UHGV virus genome: UHGV-1882326
Reading direction: 5' to 3' (one strand)
Length of the DNA stretch: 64,000 nt
Source: a virus
Shown here: piece after piece, positions 1 through 8,475 of the stretch
Layout: each line of letters opens with the position of its first letter
Numbering within the stretch: the stretch's first letter is position 1
The notes under the pieces: generated by a model
Seen by the model: the letters and a program-made list of their open reading frames with translations, nothing else
What the model was told of the DNA's origin: nothing
The model's database searches: none
Program-made: the position numbers and the translations under genes

Positions 1-423
1 ATTCCTAATGTTTCTGATAAAGAATTTTTCACAAACTCAATTCATGTACCTGTATGGAAAGAAATGACACCTTTTGAAAAAATTGATATAGAATCACAAT
101 TAACTGGATATAGTTCAGCAGGTTCAATCACTTATGTTGAATTATCTGGTTCTGTAAAAAATAATATAGAAGCATTGGAAACTATTGTAAAATACGCAAT
201 GGAAAAAGACATTCCTTATTTTGCTGTTAATGTACCTAATGATATGTGTGCTGATTGTGGATATACAGATGAAATAGGAGAAGCTTGTCCTATTTGTGGT
301 GGTAAGCATATAAAAAGATTAAGACGAGTGACAGGTTACTTAACAGGGGATTATACAACAGCATTTAACAAAGGCAAACAGCAAGAAGTAAAAATGAGAG
401 CAAAACATATGAAATTTAAATAA
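1..423 (+). CDS. nrdD: Anaerobic ribonucleoside-triphosphate reductase, C-terminal fragment (5' end lies outside the window)
   Basis: The frame is open from nt 1. It contains a C-terminal zinc ribbon (CADCGY...CPICGG) followed by a glycyl-radical-like RVTGYLTG motif, and nrdG lies directly downstream. Confidence 0.8.
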   Translation: MPNVSDKEFFTNSIHVPVWKEMTPFEKIDIESQLTGYSSAGSITYVELSGSVKNNIEALETIVKYAMEKDIPYFAVNVPNDMCADCGYTDEIGEACPICGGKHIKRLRRVTGYLTGDYTTAFNKGKQQEVKMRAKHMKFK

Positions 424-440
424 AAGGAGAACAAAAATAA

Positions 441-995
441 ATGAATTATGGTGGAATTTATGAATGTGATATTGCCAATGGAATAGGAAATAGAACAGTA
501 TTGTTTGTATCTGCTTGCGATCATAAATGTGTTGGTTGTCAAAACAAACAAACATGGAATCCTAATTTTGGCAGTCTTTTCACAAAAGGAACATTAGATT
601 ACATTTTAAATTGTTTATCAAAGCCTTATATAGACGGTATCACCTTAACAGGTGGCGACCCTCTTTATGAGGGTAATCTTGAAACTGTATTAGATATTAT
701 ACAAACAATTAAAAAACAATTTCCAAACAAAACTATTTGGCTTTATACAGGATATACTTGGAAAGAATTAGAGAAAAATTTTAACGAATATAAATATACT
801 CCTTTTAGTCCAAGTGCGGATGAATGGCTAACACGTTGGGAAATTGTTAGTTTATGTGATGTTTTAGTAGATGGTAGGTTTGAAAAAGATAAAAAAGATT
901 TAACATTACCGTTTAGAGGAAGTTCTAACCAACGAGTAATAGATGTAAAACAGACCCTCTCAACTCACACCCTAACACTTTATCAACCAAACTAA
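441..995 (+). CDS. nrdG: Anaerobic ribonucleotide reductase activating protein (radical SAM)
   Basis: It has the CDHKCVGC (CxxxCxxC) radical-SAM cluster motif near the N-terminus, is about 180 aa long, and sits 18 nt after nrdD with a GGAG ribosome-binding site. Confidence 0.8.
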   Translation: MNYGGIYECDIANGIGNRTVLFVSACDHKCVGCQNKQTWNPNFGSLFTKGTLDYILNCLSKPYIDGITLTGGDPLYEGNLETVLDIIQTIKKQFPNKTIWLYTGYTWKELEKNFNEYKYTPFSPSADEWLTRWEIVSLCDVLVDGRFEKDKKDLTLPFRGSSNQRVIDVKQTLSTHTLTLYQPN

Positions 996-1071
996 CCAAA
1001 CGCCTGTTACCATGGTTATACTGGTTAGTAACCATATCAGAACAATATTCAACTAAGTAAGCACATAAAAT

Positions 1072-1103
1072 AAACCCTCCGACTTATTGGAGGGTTTTTA
1101 TTT
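1072..1103. terminator. Intrinsic terminator (bidirectional hairpin)
   Basis: The sequence aaaCCCTCCgacttattGGAGGGttttta is a GC stem with an A-run upstream and a T-run downstream, and it lies between convergent genes. Confidence 0.6.
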
Positions 1104-1143
1104 AATCTGTATGAAATTTTAAATCAAAATATTTGTCAATATC

Positions 1144-1416
1144 TTAATCCTTTCCTTTATTTTCGTACATATAAACGCTATGTTCTTGATATATCTTAAT
1201 ATTGTGATTTTCTTCAACTTCTAAATCACAATTAGTATGAAAATCACAAAAAGTACAACTTATAAATCCGCACTCCATAGAGCAACTATCACTTTTCTTA
1301 AATTGCTTAGATAATGTTCCGTCTAGTTTTATTTTATAATCCTCAGTAAATTGCATTATATGATGATATTGTAGTCTACCACCACAAATAGGACATTTGT
1401 TTAAAATCTTAGCCAT
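1144..1416 (-). CDS. Small zinc-ribbon protein, hypothetical
   Basis: 90 aa with CPICGG...CxxC...CxxC motifs, and it is translationally coupled to the gene upstream. Confidence 0.45.
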   Translation of the reverse strand: MAKILNKCPICGGRLQYHHIMQFTEDYKIKLDGTLSKQFKKSDSCSMECGFISCTFCDFHTNCDLEVEENHNIKIYQEHSVYMYENKGKD

Positions 1417-1427
1417 TTATATCACCT

Positions 1428-1982
1428 TTAATTAAAATATTTCATTTTTACAATAGTTCCACCTTTTTTAGCACTTTCACTAAAAATTTTATGACAATTA
1501 TCACACACTGTATTTTTATTATCTTTATCTAAAGGTAAACCACAATTATAACACAAATGATTTTCTAATCTATATTGTCTGTTTTTAGTTAGGTCTTTTA
1601 ATTCATTGTTTTTTAAATTATGTCTTTCCCTATCTTTAGCAAGACAAATACCACAACGCACTCTGTTATTCATTGCTTTTCTTTTACCACATTCTACACA
1701 TAAACCTTTTTCTTTTCTTTCTAATTTAACCTTTTTCTTTTGCTCTAAATCTTTGTCACGATATTTTAACTTAAATTCTTTATATTCTTCTTCCGACATT
1801 GATTCTTTTCTTTTTTGTCTACGTTCATATGCTTTTGCCCTACATAATAAACACATTCGTTCATCACCATAAGTACGTTCTTTAAAACAACATGTACATA
1901 AATGATGTTCTAAAGCAAATTTTCTACTATCTTTGCCCCATTGCCTACAATATTGAAGTCTTTTTTCTTTATCTTTATACAT
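1428..1982 (-). CDS. Cys-rich multi-zinc-ribbon protein, hypothetical
   Basis: 184 aa with repeated CxxC...CxxC pairs. It has an AAAGGAG ribosome-binding site and its own promoter at 2010-2048. Confidence 0.5.
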   Translation of the reverse strand: MYKDKEKRLQYCRQWGKDSRKFALEHHLCTCCFKERTYGDERMCLLCRAKAYERRQKRKESMSEEEYKEFKLKYRDKDLEQKKKVKLERKEKGLCVECGKRKAMNNRVRCGICLAKDRERHNLKNNELKDLTKNRQYRLENHLCYNCGLPLDKDNKNTVCDNCHKIFSESAKKGGTIVKMKYFN

Positions 1983-2009
1983 TCTCTATTCTCCTTTAGT
2001 ATGTTATTT

Positions 2010-2048
2010 TATATAATAATATTAACACTTTTCATATAAAAAGTCAAT
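2010..2048 (-). promoter_or_regulatory. Sigma-A type promoter (TTGACT-17-TAATAT) with an ATTGACTTT extended -35
   Basis: The minus strand reads cttaTTGACTttttatatgaaaagtgtTAATAT. It is divergent from the Dam promoter. Confidence 0.45.
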
Positions 2049-2080
2049 AAGATATTAATGGATTTTATTAATAAAAACAC

Positions 2081-2112
2081 TATTGACTTTCGCATAAAGT
2101 AGTGATAAACTT
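2081..2112 (+). promoter_or_regulatory. Promoter candidate (ctATTGACTTT-17-TAAACT) for the dam gene
   Basis: TTGACT lies at 2084-2089 with a weak -10 at 2107-2112, about 50 nt upstream of the dam start. Confidence 0.35.
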
Positions 2113-2161
2113 TTAATGTCACAGTAAATATTAATAAAGAAAAGAAAGGAAATAAATTTAT

Positions 2162-2878
2162 ATGAAATATGTAGGTTCTAAAGCAAGATTAGTAAAATAT
2201 ATTGCTCCGATTATTCAGTCTTATATTGACGAAAATAATATAGAAAAATACTGGGAACCATTTGTAGGAGGAGCAAATCTTATAACGCATATTAAATGTA
2301 AAGAACGATTTGGTTCTGATATTAACCCATATCTTATCGCACTTCTTAAACAAACGCAAATTGACGCTTCTATATTTCCTCAAACCGTTTCAGAAGCCGA
2401 ATACAAAGCAGTACAAACAAGTAGAAACGATTATCCAGACTGGTATGTAGGATTTGTTGGATTCGGTTCGTTTGGCGGCAAGTTTTTTGGTGGTTATCCA
2501 AGAGAATTTAAAAATGATGGCATAACACCAAGAAATCTTTTTAATGAACATTATAGAGCATTAATAAAACAAGCACCTTTACTTAAAGATATTCATTTAT
2601 CTTGTTGTGATTTTAGAAGTGCTAAACCTGTGGAAAACTTTGTTATCTATTGTGATATACCCTATAAAGGCACTACAAAATATTCTAATAAAGACCCTTT
2701 TCCTTATAATGAATTTTATAAATGGTGTTTGGAACGTGCTAAAAATAATATAGTTTTAGTTAGCGAGTATTCTATGCCTAAAGATTTTACATGTATTTGG
2801 GAAAAAGAAGTTAATACTATGTTAGATAGTAAAGGAAACGGCAAACCTAGAACAGAAAAATTGTTTATTGTAAAATAA
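2162..2878 (+). CDS. dam: DNA adenine methyltransferase, D12 class (Dam-like)
   Basis: It has the MKYVGSKARL N-terminus, motif I EPFVGGANL and a DIPY (DPPY-type) motif IV, and is about 238 aa long. Confidence 0.75.
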   Translation: MKYVGSKARLVKYIAPIIQSYIDENNIEKYWEPFVGGANLITHIKCKERFGSDINPYLIALLKQTQIDASIFPQTVSEAEYKAVQTSRNDYPDWYVGFVGFGSFGGKFFGGYPREFKNDGITPRNLFNEHYRALIKQAPLLKDIHLSCCDFRSAKPVENFVIYCDIPYKGTTKYSNKDPFPYNEFYKWCLERAKNNIVLVSEYSMPKDFTCIWEKEVNTMLDSKGNGKPRTEKLFIVK

Positions 2879-2879
2879 A

Positions 2880-2912
2880 AGAGAGGAAATATCCTCCCTT
2901 TTATTATTTTTT
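2880..2912. terminator. Bidirectional intrinsic terminator between convergent methyltransferase genes
   Basis: A GAGGAaataTCCTC hairpin is followed by a T-run, and both gene stops flank it. Confidence 0.5.
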
Positions 2913-3425
2913 ATCAATTTCTTTAAACATAATTTTCTTTGGTAACATATTATGACAAATATAAACAGAACTAAAAGGTGGATTTAAACTTGGTTTTTGT
3001 TCGTTATAATCTTTAAAATAAGCAACTCTTTTATTAAAATACATTATTTCAAATTCATTATCTCTAAACATTTCAAAACGTTTTTTGCTTTCAAATAAAC
3101 CTACAACTCCTAATAACATGGCAAAAGGAATATTAAATTCAAACAATCTTTCAAGAACTTCTGTTTTCAAACTGTAGGGTGGATTTGAAATAATATATTT
3201 TGTATTTTCTGGAACTTCTATTTCAAAAAAGTTCTGACCATTTAATAAACTAGAATATACAACCTCATTTGTTTTACTTAATTCTTTTACAAATAAAGAT
3301 TGCTCAGTATCAAAAGGACACCATACCTTCACTGAAGGTGGAATAAATTCTAATATTGGTTTAATAGCATATAAAGGTGTGTAAAACTCATCATTATGGC
3401 TATTTGCAACTTTATCTAATTTCAT
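2904..3425 (-). CDS. Small phage-type N6-adenine DNA methyltransferase (DEFYTP + NPPY motifs)
   Basis: It has an N-terminal DEFYTP AdoMet motif and the catalytic ISNPPYS motif. It is paralogous to 58226..58831. Confidence 0.65.
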   Translation of the reverse strand: MKLDKVANSHNDEFYTPLYAIKPILEFIPPSVKVWCPFDTEQSLFVKELSKTNEVVYSSLLNGQNFFEIEVPENTKYIISNPPYSLKTEVLERLFEFNIPFAMLLGVVGLFESKKRFEMFRDNEFEIMYFNKRVAYFKDYNEQKPSLNPPFSSVYICHNMLPKKIMFKEIDKK

Positions 3426-3476
3426 TTTTTAAATCTCCTTTTAATTTATTATATTTATATATAAATAGCAATACTA

Positions 3477-3794
3477 TTAAGCACCACCACCATATAAATT
3501 TCTATTATCTACTTTTCTATATTCCCAACCAGAATCAACATTATATATTAATTTATCTAAACAACATTTATACTGTGGTTTTAATATATCATAAGAAATA
3601 TCATTGCACCAACCTAATTCAAAATCTCTAATATCAACATAAGTTCTACCTTTAGTTGTTTTCTCTTTAAACCAATTTATTTTTTCTTTCTCTAATATTT
3701 TATCAAATTCTTCAATTACTTTTTCAAAATATTTTATAATATCTGATTCAAAATATTTTACAATAATTTCTCTATCTGCTGAATTATCTTTCAT
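3477..3794 (-). CDS. Hypothetical protein
   Basis: 105-aa ORF downstream of the methyltransferase, with no recognisable motif. Confidence 0.4.
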   Translation of the reverse strand: MKDNSADREIIVKYFESDIIKYFEKVIEEFDKILEKEKINWFKEKTTKGRTYVDIRDFELGWCNDISYDILKPQYKCCLDKLIYNVDSGWEYRKVDNRNLYGGGA

Positions 3795-3973
3795 ATAATT
3801 TTTCTCCTTTTATATATTTTCTTTTTCTGATTTTTCCACCCATAATCAATTATTCTTTTTACATTATTGGTGTATTTAGGTTTATTTGTATTATATATTA
3901 CACTAATATTTCCTAAATTTAATTCTAAGTTTAATACTTCCACTTTACTATAATTTTCTGTACCAGTTTTCAT
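3791..3973 (-). CDS. Hypothetical small protein
   Basis: 60 aa, with an ATGA start/stop overlap with the next gene. Confidence 0.3.
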   Translation of the reverse strand: MKTGTENYSKVEVLNLELNLGNISVIYNTNKPKYTNNVKRIIDYGWKNQKKKIYKRRKII

Positions 3974-4109
3974 ATACTCACCACCTTTCTTATATAGGAA
4001 TTATACAACACTTCCTATGTAAAATCAATAGTAATTTCACCCCAAATAGTCTGAATATTTAACATTTTTTATACAAAAGTCTAACACATAATTTTATAAA
4101 AACCATTGA

Positions 4110-4140
4110 CTTTTCCTATAAAATATATTATGATTAACAT
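4110..4140 (+). promoter_or_regulatory. Promoter (ccATTGACTTTT-17-TATGAT)
   Basis: TTGACT at 4113 with a 17-nt spacer and a TATGAT -10. It drives dut. Confidence 0.45.
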
Positions 4141-4177
4141 ATCAAAGCAATACAAAATAAATCAAAGGAGATTAGAT

Positions 4178-4900
4178 ATGAGTAAAAAATCAACAAGGTT
4201 AAAACCAAAATTCAAAGTAGGTGATATTGTCATAATTAGATTATTACCAGGAATCATTGAGAAATTAGAAAATTGTGGCATATGTTATTGGTGTTCGGAA
4301 AATTTATTGAATATCAATGGTGAAATTATTAAAGTGAACTATAATACCAATTTACCTTATTATGTACGTTTTGATAATGATAAAAAAGATTGTTATTATT
4401 TACCAGAGGACTTACTTGAATTAGCCACAACAGAAAAACTTGTAGCGACAGTTGCAAATGTTAAAAAAATCAAAATCAAATACCATGAACCTATCACACC
4501 ACTTGAAAATATCAACGGTGCAAATTCAGATTGGATTGACTTAAGATGTGCCGAACCTAACGGAGTTGACTTGAAAAATGGTGAATTTAAACTTATATCT
4601 CTTGGTGTAAGTATGGAACTTCCAGATGATTATGAAGCACACATTGTTCCAAGAAGTAGTACATTTAAGACTTGGGGATTATTACAGACAAACCCACATG
4701 CTGTTATCGACAATAGTTACTGTTCAGATACAGATGTGTGGAAATACCCAGTATACGCAACCAGAGATACACATATCGACTTTAATGACCGCCTTTGCCA
4801 GTTCCGTATTGTAAAGAAACAACCTATTATTATTTTTGAAAAAGTAAATCATTTAGATGGAAAAACAAGAGGTGGTTTTGGTAGTAGTGGTGTTAAATAA
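4178..4900 (+). CDS. dut: dUTP diphosphatase with an approximately 110-aa N-terminal extension domain
   Basis: The C-terminal half has dUTPase motifs (VIDNSY... and RGGFGSSG). The start is chosen at the ATG 7 nt after AAAGGAG, although the ORF track extends it to 4106. Confidence 0.75.
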   Translation: MSKKSTRLKPKFKVGDIVIIRLLPGIIEKLENCGICYWCSENLLNINGEIIKVNYNTNLPYYVRFDNDKKDCYYLPEDLLELATTEKLVATVANVKKIKIKYHEPITPLENINGANSDWIDLRCAEPNGVDLKNGEFKLISLGVSMELPDDYEAHIVPRSSTFKTWGLLQTNPHAVIDNSYCSDTDVWKYPVYATRDTHIDFNDRLCQFRIVKKQPIIIFEKVNHLDGKTRGGFGSSGVK

Positions 4901-4930
4901 AAAATTCTATAAAAAAGGAGAAAAAACATT

Positions 4931-5485
4931 ATGACACTTTTAGAAGCAATCAAAGAAGCAGAAAAGAAACAGAAAAGTTTAGATGCTTGTGGCAAAGTTT
5001 ATATTCGTAGAAAAAGTTGGGAAAATTTAATTGACCCAGTTAGCTTTAGATGGTTTTATGGTGAGCCGCTTTTTAAAAAAGCTGATATTAGTTATACTCC
5101 TAGTAAAGAAAGTTTATTAAGCAATGACTGGGAATTATTTACACGTTATTATTATTCAGAAACAAAAGAAAAAGAGCCTAAACTAGAAACTACAACTATT
5201 TCAAAAGAAAACATTACAAATTCTATTGAGCAGATTATGCTTGTTAAAGGACTCCTCAAAGAAACACTTAAAAACGCAGATTTGATTGTAAAAGTCTTTC
5301 AAACTCGATATGGCATTAATTTTAATGACTTTGTGAAAAAACCAGAACTTATTACAGATAACGAAACAAGATTTTTATACTTGTTCACTAAACTTACAAT
5401 GGAATGTATTGAGAATGTAGGGGGTTGTTTAAATAAAGTTATTGCAGAACTCAGTAATCCAGAAGTAGACGAAAAAACCGAATAG
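4931..5485 (+). CDS. Hypothetical protein
   Basis: 184 aa with a GGAG ribosome-binding site, followed by a terminator. Confidence 0.45.
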   Translation: MTLLEAIKEAEKKQKSLDACGKVYIRRKSWENLIDPVSFRWFYGEPLFKKADISYTPSKESLLSNDWELFTRYYYSETKEKEPKLETTTISKENITNSIEQIMLVKGLLKETLKNADLIVKVFQTRYGINFNDFVKKPELITDNETRFLYLFTKLTMECIENVGGCLNKVIAELSNPEVDEKTE

Positions 5486-5497
5486 ATACGAATAAGT

Positions 5498-5530
5498 AAA
5501 GAGGGGGCTAACAACCCCCTCTTTTATTTT
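5498..5530 (+). terminator. Intrinsic terminator
   Basis: AGAGGGGGctaacaaCCCCCTCT followed by ttttatttttg. Confidence 0.65.
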
Positions 5531-5619
5531 TGTTAATCAAGTTATCGTTTTTAATGTCGTAATCTTCCTAACTCTTTGTTACTAACTGATACCATGTAAT
5601 TTAATTATGACATTCTGTA

Positions 5620-5652
5620 TAATAAAAAAGAGGGCTGTTTAAACCCTCTTAA
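5620..5652 (-). terminator. Intrinsic terminator ending the late/lysis operon
   Basis: The minus strand reads AAGAGGGtttaaacagCCCTCTTttttatt. Confidence 0.55.
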
Positions 5653-5656
5653 TAAT

Positions 5657-5845
5657 TTAACAAAATTTAAAAATTAGCACAAGTAAAACAATTATTATTA
5701 ATATAATTCCTATTATAGATAACAAAGCCTGTGGTTCATTTAAACCAAGGTCTACTATAAAAGCAATAAATATTACAATTAAGAAAAATATAAATATCAC
5801 TGCCACTGCTAAGAGCATTAAACCAACGATTGATAACATACTCAA
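5657..5845 (-). CDS. Small two-TM membrane protein (holin/antiholin-like)
   Basis: 62 aa and very hydrophobic, with two predicted TM segments, in the lysis cassette. Confidence 0.45.
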   Translation of the reverse strand: MSMLSIVGLMLLAVAVIFIFFLIVIFIAFIVDLGLNEPQALLSIIGIILIIIVLLVLIFKFC

Positions 5846-5912
5846 AAGTTATTTCTCCTTTAAACCTTTATTTATTGAACCTCACACCACTAAAGTAACG
5901 AGTGTTCTCGCC

Positions 5913-6104
5913 TTATTTAATAAAAACAGCTATAAGCATTGTCACCGTAGCAAATACTGATAAATAAGTAACAGCCTTTGCAAGTATAACAGCATAGTCA
6001 TAATTACGTTTAGAAGAACTAATCATAAATATAATTACAAGTAAAATAAATGCAAATATTAAACTTAAAATAGAAATTGCCGATAAAGTAGAAGCTGTAC
6101 TCAT
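5913..6104 (-). CDS. Small two-TM membrane protein (holin-like)
   Basis: 63 aa with two hydrophobic segments, adjacent to the endolysin. Confidence 0.45.
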   Translation of the reverse strand: MSTASTLSAISILSLIFAFILLVIIFMISSSKRNYDYAVILAKAVTYLSVFATVTMLIAVFIK

Positions 6105-6131
6105 ATTTTTATTTTCCTTTCGCTTTTTATC

Positions 6132-7052
6132 TTAATCTTCTTTATTAGTAAGTCCACTAAATTTAAGACTTCCATCATCACTTGCGCTAAATTTAATATT
6201 AACGTCTGATACCATAGCACCGTTTTCATCAAGATAATACCAACTACCATTATCTTCTAACAGTCCTTTTCTCATAGCACCAGTATCGTCTAAATAATAC
6301 CATTTATTATGATACTTATACCAAGTGTTAGTTAAACAAACGCCCGCACCATCAAAATAATACCAATTATCTTTATATTCAAGCCATTGGTTAGAAATCA
6401 TACCACCATCACCAGACAAATAGTACCACTTTCCATCTTCATAAAACCATTGATTTGTGATTAATTTTCCCTCACCGTCCATAACGTACCAACGGTTATT
6501 ATCATTCACCCATGAATTTACTACAATAATTCCATTTCTATAATATCTCCATGAACCATTTACTTTAAAGAAACCGTTTTTATATTCAGTAACGGTATTC
6601 TCATAGATAATATCTTTAATCTTAAATGCTTTTTTCCAAGGCGTTGAGTTTAAGTTACTCTGAATAACTCCATAGTTGATACCTTTTGCTTCGATTACAT
6701 GGTTGCGGTCAAGTACAATGCCGATATGACCTTGCTTCCATACTGCATAACCCAATTTATCGTCTGTTAATTTAGACGGTGGGATTTTGCTGATACCAGT
6801 CTGTTCAAACTGACCTGAACCACGAATGATACCAGTATACCACGAAATCAATCCAGAACAGTCTACAGCTTCTTCACCTACCCACTGTAAAGCCTTATTA
6901 ATATAAGCCTGTGTATAAATATTTGGATATTGTCTAGCCCATGAATAAATCTTAGTTCTAGTAAGAATCTCACCTTTAGCACCATAAACGTAATGAACGC
7001 CTATCTTACTTTCGGCAAATTCCACTAAACCTTTTGCTGTTTTATTAGCCAT
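6132..7052 (-). CDS. Endolysin: NlpC/P60-family peptidase domain plus C-terminal cell-wall-binding repeats (CW_binding_1 type)
   Basis: The N-terminus has DCSGL...H catalytic motifs. The C-terminus has about 8 repeats of the G-W-YY-D--G form (for example GSWYYLDENGAM). Confidence 0.8.
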   Translation of the reverse strand: MANKTAKGLVEFAESKIGVHYVYGAKGEILTRTKIYSWARQYPNIYTQAYINKALQWVGEEAVDCSGLISWYTGIIRGSGQFEQTGISKIPPSKLTDDKLGYAVWKQGHIGIVLDRNHVIEAKGINYGVIQSNLNSTPWKKAFKIKDIIYENTVTEYKNGFFKVNGSWRYYRNGIIVVNSWVNDNNRWYVMDGEGKLITNQWFYEDGKWYYLSGDGGMISNQWLEYKDNWYYFDGAGVCLTNTWYKYHNKWYYLDDTGAMRKGLLEDNGSWYYLDENGAMVSDVNIKFSASDDGSLKFSGLTNKED

Positions 7053-7074
7053 TATTCTATTTTCCTTTCATATG

Positions 7075-7146
7075 AATTTAGAAAGCTATATGCTTCTATT
7101 TACAATAATAACACATAGCTTTCTAAAAGTCAATAGATACACTTAT
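7075..7146 (-). promoter_or_regulatory. Endolysin promoter (ctATTGACTTTT-17-TATTAT) overlapped by a 14/15-bp inverted repeat
   Basis: On the minus strand TTGACT lies at 7146-7141. The IR ttagaaagctatatg / cacatagctttctaa spans 7076-7122, across the spacer and leader. Confidence 0.4.
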
Positions 7147-7346
7147 GTTTTCTTCAATTCGTAAAGTGATATTGTTAATCATAAAAAATACGTCAAAAAA
7201 ATTTTTTCTTATATGAATTAATTACCGTATAACAAATTTAAAAAAATTCAAATATTTACTTTTTTGCCCTAAACAAATATAATTAAAACAAAAGCTGGCT
7301 TACCCGATAAAGTAAGTCAGCTAAAATCATAAGGAGGTATTATTCT

Positions 7347-7517
7347 ATGTTAATTATAGAAAACAAAACAACTCAAAAAATTTACCGTTATAATCTTGTT
7401 ATTGATAATTTAAAAGAATTGAGCAAATTTTTAAACGAAAATCCTGAAATGAAAAACTTAAATACATTTATAGACAAAGCAAATTTTCAAATTAAAACAA
7501 GGTTAGAAAGAGCTTAA
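7347..7517 (+). CDS. Small ORF (56 aa), hypothetical
   Basis: A perfect AAGGAGG sits 9 nt upstream of the ATG. It falls below the ORF-track cutoff and is convergent with 7514..7744. Confidence 0.35.
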   Translation: MLIIENKTTQKIYRYNLVIDNLKELSKFLNENPEMKNLNTFIDKANFQIKTRLERA

Positions 7518-7744
7518 ATAAAAAATCCGTACTTTTTAAATTCTTGCAATATATTATCAAAACATCCTTCACCATTTATTTCTGTTTCACTATTGCATAT
7601 TGGACAATTACAAACCATTTTTGATTTTTTAGTTAATTCTTGTGTTTTTATTGTAAAAATATGTTTGCATCCTTCTGTCTGGCACGGAATTTTAATTTCT
7701 GGTATCGTTTTGATAATGTCATTTATATTTATATCTCTGTTCAT
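7514..7744 (-). CDS. Small zinc-ribbon protein, hypothetical
   Basis: 76 aa with CxxC...CxxC motifs. Confidence 0.4.
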   Translation of the reverse strand: MNRDININDIIKTIPEIKIPCQTEGCKHIFTIKTQELTKKSKMVCNCPICNSETEINGEGCFDNILQEFKKYGFFI

Positions 7745-7801
7745 TTTTTTGCCACCTTTTTAATATTATTAGTATATACGTTTTAATTTTTAGTTTAAAT
7801 A

Positions 7802-8464
7802 TTACAAACCAGAATTATTTACATCTGGTTTGTAATTTATATCACGATATTGTATTACCATACCTACTTTATAATTTTGACTCGACATTGTAAGCATAAT
7901 TGATGTATTATCTTTTTTCCAAGTTGCTGTATATACAACATATCCATATTCTAATGCTTTTGAAGGACCGGCATGTTCAATTAGGTTTTCTTTTTCATTA
8001 GGCATAATTGTGTCTATACTAGGCGTTCCATATTTTTGAATAAGGGAATTTTTCAACGAATTATAAGCAGTTATAAATTGTCCACCGCTTGTATAATTCA
8101 AATTAAATAAATACAAACCCTCATATAATTTTTCATTTTCAAAATGATAAAATGTATAAGCATCATACCCACTTACGGTTGTTTCACCAAAAAGTCCACC
8201 GTTCTCCATAGGTTCCAAATTTATTTTGGTTTCATATTTTTTTACTGTGTCTGCATTATCACCCCAAATACTACTTCTAAATGTACATCCTTCTCGTTGT
8301 TCAATAATTTCCTCATCGGCTTCTGATGTAGGTTCGCTTTCTGTTTCTTCGGGTCTGGTAACAGTAGCTACCGTAGAAGTAACTCTTACGTTTGTTTTAG
8401 AAGAATTACAACCACCCAAAATAAATGTTGTACTCATCAATAATATTACAGCAATTTTTTTCAT
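7802..8464 (-). CDS. Lipoprotein (signal peptide + LGGC lipobox), hypothetical
   Basis: The MKKIAVILLMSTTFILGGC N-terminus, in a moron position. Confidence 0.6.
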   Translation of the reverse strand: MKKIAVILLMSTTFILGGCNSSKTNVRVTSTVATVTRPEETESEPTSEADEEIIEQREGCTFRSSIWGDNADTVKKYETKINLEPMENGGLFGETTVSGYDAYTFYHFENEKLYEGLYLFNLNYTSGGQFITAYNSLKNSLIQKYGTPSIDTIMPNEKENLIEHAGPSKALEYGYVVYTATWKKDNTSIMLTMSSQNYKVGMVIQYRDINYKPDVNNSGL

Positions 8465-8475
8465 ACCTTTTTCTC

